Shown here: in pieces, positions 23,838 to 30,225 of the stretch
How the letters are laid out: every line of letters starts with the position of its first letter
Position numbering within the stretch: the first letter of the stretch is position 1
Assembly: GCA_942493095.1 (NCBI GenBank)
Contig: OW818675.1
Coordinates: 360,001 to 392,000 of the forward strand
DNA: 32,000 bases
Direction: 5' to 3'
Source of the DNA: Candidatus Electronema halotolerans
GTDB lineage: Bacteria > Desulfobacterota > Desulfobulbia > Desulfobulbales > Desulfobulbaceae
Notes under the pieces: model-generated
The model's database searches: none
What the model saw: only the letters and a program-made list of their open reading frames with translations
What the model was told of the DNA's origin: nothing
Position numbers and translations under genes: made by a program

Positions 23838-25151
23838 CTACTGACAGTTTGATTCCAGATATTCATAGATATGGCCGTCAATGTTCGCCTTGACCTTGTA
23901 TTCCCGGCAGGGGTTGCCAAGACGCACCGGTGACACTGTGTAAAAAATGCCGCTCATGCTGCGCCAGGAGACCGGGCCGCTGTAGGTCAGCGCGTTGATC
24001 AGGGTGTCCTGATCTCTGCTGTTCATGGATTGAAGAATGACGGCCTCATCATTGCGCGGCTGGGCAGCGGCACTGAGAGCAACGGATTCAATGGCTTGGT
24101 CAAGGCTGGCGCAGGAGGCCTGACAGCGCAGCAGCCTGCCCTGCATGTTCGCCTGCATGCTGTATTCCCGGCAGGCACTTTTAATTGCCCCTGGCGTGAC
24201 CGTGTAGGAGCCGCCCGGCCCTTTCCAGCTTGTGGACGCGCCTTGCTGCTGCCGCATGGCCCGGCGGAAAATTTGCATGTCAGTCGCATCCATGTACATT
24301 CTGATTTGACTGCATGGGACAGTTGCCGCTGCCTGCGGCTGTGCAGGCTGGCTCTGCGGCGGCCAATTTGCTGAAGGCAGAGAAGGGAGAACCGGCGCGG
24401 CTGCCTCGGAGCTGCCGCTGCTTCTGGTGAGCGGGTTCTGCCCTGCCGGGGCAGCCGAGGGCGCAGAGTCAGGCTCCTGCTGTCTGGTCGGCGGGGGCGT
24501 GTCATTAAAATAGGCCGAAATCTCATCAGCAAAAGTGAGAGGCTTCTGCACAGTTATTCTTGTCCCGGCATCTGGCGGCAGATAACGATCCTCTGTGCCG
24601 GAAATGCCTTCCGCAACAACATACGCCTGCTCCTCCTGCGCAGTGCCCTGATGCCGCTCAACCATTGTTCTGACAACTTGATCCGTCATCTCCGCAAGCC
24701 TCAGTTGCCGTTCAGCCCAGTTGTCTTCCGCCGCCATTCTGCCCGACGGGGCCTGGCTCTGCTGCGGCACCGACGCAGGCGAGGCCGAGGGCAGCAGGTC
24801 TTGCGGCGGCGGCAGCAAGGTGCGGACGATCTCGGCCCGCTGCGGCGAGAAGACGGCAATATAGACAACAAGTCCGGCAAAGAGATAGAGAATGAAAAAG
24901 GCGGCTGAGAGGATGCCGCTGATGATGCGGGCCGCTTCACGGGGAATGTTTTTCCGGCGCAGGATGCAGAAGGCGGTGCGGTTTGCGGTCAGATACAGCA
25001 TCACCAGCGCAAGCAGTCCGACAATCAGGTGCGGCAGAGGCAGGTTCACGAAATCCACAATGCGTTGCTGGCGCGTCAGTCTGAGGGCGGTTTCTGCTGC
25101 TCCGGCGGCAGCCAGCCTTGGCCGCCGCTGTGCCAGAGGAACTTGCGGCAC
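23838..25151 (-). CDS. Membrane protein with a Pro/Gln-rich linker and two tandem C-terminal CREY-type 'surface antigen'-like domains (hypothetical)
   Basis: Two TM helices near the N-terminus. C-terminal repeats ...W.G.GGSYTVTPG....CREYSMQANMQG...C and ...W.S.SGIFYTVSPV....CREYKVKANIDG...C. The GTG start at 25151 overlaps trmJ by 76 nt; an alternative GTG is at 25058. Confidence 0.6.
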   Translation of the reverse strand: MPQVPLAQRRPRLAAAGAAETALRLTRQQRIVDFVNLPLPHLIVGLLALVMLYLTANRTAFCILRRKNIPREAARIISGILSAAFFILYLFAGLVVYIAVFSPQRAEIVRTLLPPPQDLLPSASPASVPQQSQAPSGRMAAEDNWAERQLRLAEMTDQVVRTMVERHQGTAQEEQAYVVAEGISGTEDRYLPPDAGTRITVQKPLTFADEISAYFNDTPPPTRQQEPDSAPSAAPAGQNPLTRSSGSSEAAAPVLPSLPSANWPPQSQPAQPQAAATVPCSQIRMYMDATDMQIFRRAMRQQQGASTSWKGPGGSYTVTPGAIKSACREYSMQANMQGRLLRCQASCASLDQAIESVALSAAAQPRNDEAVILQSMNSRDQDTLINALTYSGPVSWRSMSGIFYTVSPVRLGNPCREYKVKANIDGHIYEYLESNCQ

Positions 25152-25864
25152 ACACCCCGGATCAGGCTGGCCTCCTTTTTTTTGATCCGGGTCCGGCTGA
25201 GAAACTGGCGGATGTTGCGCATCCAGTAGCTGCGGCTGGTGTCGCGGATGAAACCGATCCGGCTCAGAGCCTGATCAATATGCTCGTACATGCCCTCCAG
25301 CTCGTGGGAATTGGCGTAGCTGCCGTCACCGCCTGCTGGCGCGGCCCGGCCTGTGGCCATGAACAGCTCATAGCAGCAGATGGCCACAGCTTGGGCCAAG
25401 TTGAGCGAGGAGAAATCAGCCGTCGGAATAACGGCGGCCATTTGGCAGAGATCAAGGTCTTCGTTGCTCAGGCCGCTGCTTTCCGGGCCGAACATCAGGG
25501 CAGCCCTGCTGCCGTCAGCAATCAGCCGGGCCAGCTCGGTCATGACCTCGCGTGGATAACCGGCATCCACAGTCCGGTATTTTCCCTGCCTGGCCGTGGT
25601 GCCGACAAGGAACTGATAGGGCGCGGCAGCCTCCCGGCTGCTGGTGGCAAACTGGAGGCGTTCAATGAGATGGGCCGCCTTGTGGGTGGCCATTTTCAGC
25701 ATCCGCTCCGGCTCCGGCGGCTCGTCCGCCACCACAATGAGCTGGCCGAAACCGAAGTTGCAGGCAATCCGCGCTGCCGCGCCAATGTTTTCCGGGTACT
25801 TGGGCCGCACCAAAATCAGGCCGCAGTCGCGTAATACAGCCTCTGGCTGGGCAGAAGCAGCCAT
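25076..25864 (-). CDS. trmJ: SpoU/TrmH-class tRNA/rRNA 2'-O-methyltransferase, TrmJ/LasT-like
   Basis: ILVRPKYPENIGAAARIACNFG, ALMFGPESSGLSNEDL, IPT...SLNLAQAVAICCYEL, and the TrmJ-type C-terminal extension. Confidence 0.8.
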   Translation of the reverse strand: MAASAQPEAVLRDCGLILVRPKYPENIGAAARIACNFGFGQLIVVADEPPEPERMLKMATHKAAHLIERLQFATSSREAAAPYQFLVGTTARQGKYRTVDAGYPREVMTELARLIADGSRAALMFGPESSGLSNEDLDLCQMAAVIPTADFSSLNLAQAVAICCYELFMATGRAAPAGGDGSYANSHELEGMYEHIDQALSRIGFIRDTSRSYWMRNIRQFLSRTRIKKKEASLIRGVCRKFLWHSGGQGWLPPEQQKPPSD

Positions 25865-26379
25865 CAGAGATTGGCCGGATCTTCCAGCTCAAGATGCTTG
25901 TGCTTGCTGCTTTGTGTTCCTTTCTGCTCTGAAGCCGCAGGTGGACTGCTGGAGGTGATCCGCTTGAAAAAGGGAATGATGCCCTTCTCGGCATTGCGCA
26001 TCTCCTCTTCCGCCTCGCGCAGGGTGATCTGCCAGGCCGGAGCAAAGCCGGGCGATTTCTCAAACATGATCTCCGCCGCCTTCTGATAGACCTGAGCCTG
26101 ACGGATTTCCTGCTTGTTCGGCTTCTGATTCAGCACCTGAATCATGTTGCGCAGGTTGTCGCGCTCCTGCCGCAGGGCGTTGATCTCCTCTTTGCGCCGC
26201 TCATTCTCAGCCGACTCAATTTCAAATTTGGTCTGGAGATGACCGCGCAGCTTGCGGATATCCGCTTGCAGCATTTTGCTTTTGATGACCGAGCGTACCC
26301 AGAAGACAAAAGCGGCCAGCAGGCCGACTGACAGCCCTTGGACAAAGGATTTGGCGAAAAGTTCGGTAAACCATTCCAT
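25864..26379 (-). CDS. Hypothetical membrane-anchored coiled-coil protein
   Basis: N-terminal TM (GLSVGLLAAFVFWV), then a heptad-like K/E/R/Q-rich region. SD GAGG 7 nt upstream. Its stop overlaps the trmJ start (TGATG). Confidence 0.6.
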   Translation of the reverse strand: MEWFTELFAKSFVQGLSVGLLAAFVFWVRSVIKSKMLQADIRKLRGHLQTKFEIESAENERRKEEINALRQERDNLRNMIQVLNQKPNKQEIRQAQVYQKAAEIMFEKSPGFAPAWQITLREAEEEMRNAEKGIIPFFKRITSSSPPAASEQKGTQSSKHKHLELEDPANL

Positions 26380-26454
26380 GACAAACCTCGTGAAGTTGTT
26401 GATGACAGGGGGGAAGAAAAAGAAAGCGGCAAGAAATATATGATGTTATCATCC

Positions 26455-26544
26455 TGGCGGAGGGACAGGGATTCGAACCCTGGGCGGGGTTGCCCCCGCA
26501 ACGGTTTTCGAGACCGTCCCGTTCAGCCGCTCCGGCATCCCTCC
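26455..26544 (-). tRNA. tRNA-Ser (anticodon CGA), 90 nt with a long variable arm and encoded CCA
   Basis: Minus strand: GGAGGGA-TG-CCGG-AGCGGCTGAA-CGGG-A-CGGTC/CTCGAAA loop (anticodon CGA)/ACCGT-long variable arm GCGGGGGCAACCCCGCC-CAGGG-TTCGAAT-CCCTG-TCCCTCC-G-CCA. The 7-bp acceptor stem pairs perfectly. Confidence 0.9.
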
Positions 26545-26595
26545 GCTCCTGCCTTTTTACCCGCAAAAAGCCTGTTCGTCAAGTCGGACAAGCGG

Positions 26596-26624
26596 TTGAC
26601 AAGGATTGAAAATACATTTACTGT
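26596..26624 (+). promoter_or_regulatory. Sigma70-like promoter candidate for the LEA_2/AMMECR1/BioB operon
   Basis: TTGACA (26596-26601), 17 nt, TACTGT (26619-26624). About 65 nt upstream of the ATG at 26690. Divergent from tRNA-Ser. Confidence 0.35.
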
Positions 26625-26689
26625 TCAGTTACGTTCATTTTTGCCAGACTGCCCGGCCTTGCACAACAACAACTCTCATCAGGCTGCCG

Positions 26690-27172
26690 ATGAAAATATT
26701 CCTCTGCTCCACCCTGATCCTGCTTTTCCTGCTGGCCCTGCCGCTGCTTGGCGGTTGCGCCAAGTCCCAGAAAACAACTGAAGAGGAAGCACCGAGCGTC
26801 TCTCTTGCCGACATGGAGCTGGAGGGCATCAAGGGACTGGAGACCATCTTCCGCCTCCAGCTGCGGGTCATCAACCCGGACGAGGAACCGCTGGAAATCA
26901 GCAGTGTCCGCTGCACCTTGAAGGTGCAGGGCAAATCCTTTGCCAAAGGCTTTAATATCAGCCAGGTTACAGTGCCCGCCTCAGGCACGGCCACCGTGCC
27001 GGTGCGGGTCTATGCGGGCATGGCTGATCTGCTGGGTTCGGTGATTGATCTGCTCCAGCACAATGCCAGCCCTGCCAAGTCGCTCAAATATGAACTGACC
27101 GGCAGCCTGCGGCTCTCTGACAAAAGCAGCATTCCCTTCAAATTGAGCGGTGCCCTGCCACCAAAAGCATGA
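26690..27172 (+). CDS. LEA type 2 (WHy/LEA14-like) family lipoprotein
   Basis: ATG at 26690 gives MKIFLCSTLILLFLLALPLLGGC (lipobox). The mature part (LQLRVINPDEEPLEISSVRCTLKVQGKSFAKG...VPASGTATVPVRV) resembles the LEA_2 beta-sandwich. Confidence 0.65.
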   Translation: MKIFLCSTLILLFLLALPLLGGCAKSQKTTEEEAPSVSLADMELEGIKGLETIFRLQLRVINPDEEPLEISSVRCTLKVQGKSFAKGFNISQVTVPASGTATVPVRVYAGMADLLGSVIDLLQHNASPAKSLKYELTGSLRLSDKSSIPFKLSGALPPKA

Positions 27173-27753
27173 CAGCGGTGCTCAGTGAGAAACAAGGCAG
27201 GCGGCTGCTCCAGCTGGCCCGGCAGGTGCTGGAGGAGCAGTTTGGCGGCCCGTCGTCAGAACAGGAAGGCTTGGATGAGCCGGAGCTGCGCCAGCACCGG
27301 GGTATCTTTGTCACCCTGCGCAAACAGGACCAGCTACGGGGCTGCATCGGCAGCCTGCTCGGCGTGGAGCCGCTGGTTGAGGGTGTGCGGCGGCACACGA
27401 TCAATGCCGCTTTTCATGATCATCGCTTTCCCCTGCTGACTGCCGAGGAGCTGCCACAGGTGCGGATTGAAATTTCCGTGCTCACTTCGCCGCAGCCATT
27501 GGAATACTTTGACGGCCACGATTTGCTCTGCAAGCTGCGGCCCAAAATTGACGGGGTGATCATCAAGCAGGGGCGGACTGGAGCCACCTTTCTCCCGCAA
27601 GTCTGGCACGAGCTGCCAGAGCCGCAGCTTTTTCTTGAGCAGCTCTGCCGCAAGGCCGGACTGCCCAGCGCAAGCTGGCGCAGCGGCGAACTGACCGTGC
27701 AGACCTATCAGGCCCTGCGTGTTGCCGAGGAGGAGTTGTCATGCTGGAACTGA
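27169..27753 (+). CDS. amrA: AMMECR1-domain protein (AmmeMemoRadiSam system protein A-like)
   Basis: HRGIFVTLRK...LRGCIGSL...HTINAAFHDHRFPLLTAEEL..IEISVLT....GATFLPQVW. ATGA overlap with the upstream gene. Confidence 0.8.
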   Translation: MTAVLSEKQGRRLLQLARQVLEEQFGGPSSEQEGLDEPELRQHRGIFVTLRKQDQLRGCIGSLLGVEPLVEGVRRHTINAAFHDHRFPLLTAEELPQVRIEISVLTSPQPLEYFDGHDLLCKLRPKIDGVIIKQGRTGATFLPQVWHELPEPQLFLEQLCRKAGLPSASWRSGELTVQTYQALRVAEEELSCWN

Positions 27754-28367
27754 GCCTGCCGCCAAAGCTGACAGAGGAGCTGGCCGCCATCTATCAGACC
27801 TTGCAAGAAGAATATGACCGCACTGCGACGCGGATTCCCCTCACCTGCGCGGGCTGCCCGGACAACTGCTGCGATTCGTGGTTTTATCATCACACCTACA
27901 GCGAATGGGCCTATCTCTGGCAGGGCCTGCGGCTTTTGCAAGAGCAGGTTCTGGCCCAAATCGTTCAGCGGGCTGAGAACTATGTCCGGCAAAGTCAAGA
28001 CCAACTTGCTGCCGGGCAGAGGCCCCGGCTCTTATGTCCGTTAAATAAGGACGGCCTCTGCGCGCTGTATCAGCACCGGCTTTTGGTCTGCCGGATGCAC
28101 GGGGTTCCGGCTGTCATGACCCGGCCCGATGGCCAGAGCCTGCGCTTTCCCGGCTGCTTCCGCTGTCAGGAAATTGTCCAGGAAAAATACCATCAGGAGG
28201 ACGCGGCCCCGGCAATGGACAGAACTCAAATTTTCATCCGGCTGGCCGAGCTGGAGAATAGCCTCCTCCACGGCCAACGCCAGCGTGTTCCCAAAGTCAA
28301 AAAAACAATTGCCGAGATGATCGTGCAAGGGCCGCCGGTCATCGCCGCATCTCTTTCTTCAAGGTGA
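27741..28367 (+). CDS. YkgJ-family Cys-cluster protein (CxxCxxCC, putative Zn/Fe-chelating domain)
   Basis: CAGCPDNCCDSWF near the N-terminus and CPLNKDGLCALYQHRLLVCRMHG downstream. 13-nt overlap with the AMMECR1 gene. Confidence 0.7.
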   Translation: MLELSLPPKLTEELAAIYQTLQEEYDRTATRIPLTCAGCPDNCCDSWFYHHTYSEWAYLWQGLRLLQEQVLAQIVQRAENYVRQSQDQLAAGQRPRLLCPLNKDGLCALYQHRLLVCRMHGVPAVMTRPDGQSLRFPGCFRCQEIVQEKYHQEDAAPAMDRTQIFIRLAELENSLLHGQRQRVPKVKKTIAEMIVQGPPVIAASLSSR

Positions 28368-28373
28368 ATCATC

Positions 28374-29351
28374 ATGGCTGACCTGCTCCGGGAAACCTTC
28401 AGCACCATCACGGACGGCGCGGCACTGAGCCGGCAAACTGCTCTGCTGCTGGCCCGCTATCCTGACCAGCAGAAGCTCTGGTCAGCGGCAGACCGCCTGC
28501 GCTCCCGCTTCATGGGCGATCTTTTTCATCTCTGCTCAATCATCAATGCCCGCAGCGGTGCCTGCACCGAAGACTGCCGCTTCTGCGCCCAGTCCGCCCG
28601 CCACCATGCTGACAGCCCAGTCTATGCGATGATTGATCAGGATGAGGCCATGAGCATAGCCCGCAGCAACGCGGCAGCAGGCGTGCATCGGCTTTCCTTG
28701 GTGACCAGCGGTCGCACGCCGGACCAGGAAACCCTGACGCAGTGCGGCGCGCTCTATGAGCAAATCCGCCAAGAAACCCGTTTGGAGCTGTGCGCCTCAA
28801 TGGGGATATTGGATGAGCGTAAGGCTGGAATGCTCTCAGCAATGGGCGTGAGCCGCTATCACTGCAATCTGGAGACCTGCGAGCGGCGTTTTGCTGCGTT
28901 CTGCACCACGCATACGTGGCAGGAAAAGGTCAGCACCCTGAAAACAGCCGCCAATGCAGGCATGTCGATCTGCTCTGGCGGCATCATCGGCATGGGCGAA
29001 AGCATGGAGGACCGGATCGAGCTGGCCCTTGAGCTGCGCCATCTCGGCATCCGCTCCATTCCGATCAATATTCTCACCCCGATTCCCGGCACCCCGTTAG
29101 CCGACTGCCAGCCCTTGTCGCTGCCAGAGGTGCTGACCACAGTGGCATTGTTCCGCTTCCTCAACCCGGAGGCAGTGATTCGTATGGCTGGAGGCCGCCA
29201 GCAGCTCGGCCCGGATCAGTACCGCTGCTTCTTGGCCGGAGCCAACGGAGCCATAGTCGGCGACTACCTGACCACCCCCGGCCCGGCGGTCAGCGCTGAC
29301 ATAACCAAGCTGCGGGAAATGGGCTTTGTCTTCCGCCACTCCCCAGATTGA
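28374..29351 (+). CDS. bioB: Biotin synthase-like radical SAM enzyme (variant auxiliary-cluster ligand set)
   Basis: Radical SAM CTEDCRFC (C64/C68/C71), LELCASMG, SICSGGIIGMGES, IPINILTPIPGTPL, IRMAGGR, FLAGANGAIVGDYLTT (BioB-specific tail). Ser108 lies where E. coli has Cys97. Confidence 0.8.
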   Translation: MADLLRETFSTITDGAALSRQTALLLARYPDQQKLWSAADRLRSRFMGDLFHLCSIINARSGACTEDCRFCAQSARHHADSPVYAMIDQDEAMSIARSNAAAGVHRLSLVTSGRTPDQETLTQCGALYEQIRQETRLELCASMGILDERKAGMLSAMGVSRYHCNLETCERRFAAFCTTHTWQEKVSTLKTAANAGMSICSGGIIGMGESMEDRIELALELRHLGIRSIPINILTPIPGTPLADCQPLSLPEVLTTVALFRFLNPEAVIRMAGGRQQLGPDQYRCFLAGANGAIVGDYLTTPGPAVSADITKLREMGFVFRHSPD

Positions 29352-30184
29352 ACGCTGTGTTCCAGCCTGCAAACTGCATCAGCCTGCTTACAGACTTCGG
29401 GCTTGAGGATGTTTATGTCGGCCAGATGAAAGGAACCATCCTCAGCCGCAATCCAACAGCCCGGATTGTTGACCTCTGCCATGCCATTCCCTGTCAGGAC
29501 GTGCAGGCCGCCGCCCTCATGCTGCAAGCAAGCTGGCAGTTCTTTCCCGCAGGCACTGTGCATCTGACAGTGGTTGATCCGGGCGTGGGCAGCGACCGCC
29601 GCATTTTAGCCGCTCTGTCTGCGGAACATCTCTTCATCGCCCCGGACAACGGCCTTCTCTATCCGCTGCTTGAGGACGGAACAATCAGGCAAGTCCGCTT
29701 TTTGGACAACCCCGCCTTGGCTGCGGCCACGATCAGCCCCACCTTTCATGGCCGGGACATCATGGCTCCGGCAGCGGCAAGGCTGGCAGGCGGTTTTCCC
29801 TTTGCCAAGGTTGGCCCGGCCATAAAGCATGCTGTTTGCGTCCATCTGCATCTGCCCAAGCCAGTGCTCAAGGAAGGCTGCCTCCAAGGGCAGATATTGG
29901 CCCGCGATCATTTCGGCAATCTGCGCAGCAATATCAGCAAGGCTGATTTGCACACTTTTGCGCCGCTGGCTGAACTCCTGGTTCATATCTGCGGGCAGCA
30001 ACTGCCTCTCAGCAGGGCATACACCAATGCCCCGCCCGGCACCTTGCTGGCCTTGATCGACAGTGTCGGCTGCTTGGAAATTGCCGTCAATCAGGGCAGC
30101 GCAGCTGAAGTGCTGGCCTGCGCTGCGGGCGAACCGGTGACTGTGCGGCGGACTGCCTCTGCTTTTTCCTTGGAACGGCTCTGA
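29348..30184 (+). CDS. SAM hydrolase / SAM-dependent halogenase family protein (DUF62, S-adenosyl-L-methionine hydroxide adenosyltransferase)
   Basis: LLTDFGLEDVYVGQMKGTIL, VVDPGVGSDRR, TFHGRDIMAPAAARLA, DHFGNLRSNI. TTG start at 29348 (alternative GTG at 29357) overlaps the bioB stop. Confidence 0.8.
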   Translation: MNAVFQPANCISLLTDFGLEDVYVGQMKGTILSRNPTARIVDLCHAIPCQDVQAAALMLQASWQFFPAGTVHLTVVDPGVGSDRRILAALSAEHLFIAPDNGLLYPLLEDGTIRQVRFLDNPALAAATISPTFHGRDIMAPAAARLAGGFPFAKVGPAIKHAVCVHLHLPKPVLKEGCLQGQILARDHFGNLRSNISKADLHTFAPLAELLVHICGQQLPLSRAYTNAPPGTLLALIDSVGCLEIAVNQGSAAEVLACAAGEPVTVRRTASAFSLERL

Positions 30185-30225
30185 AGCCTTCCCAAATTTC
30201 AAAAAAATCTCAGAGAGAAACGTTT

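Noticed and set aside
26455-26544. tRNA-Ser as the attachment site of an integrated element
   Set aside because: I found no second copy of the tRNA 3' segment (for example TTCGAATCCCTG) elsewhere in the window. There is no integrase, and the downstream genes have normal composition.
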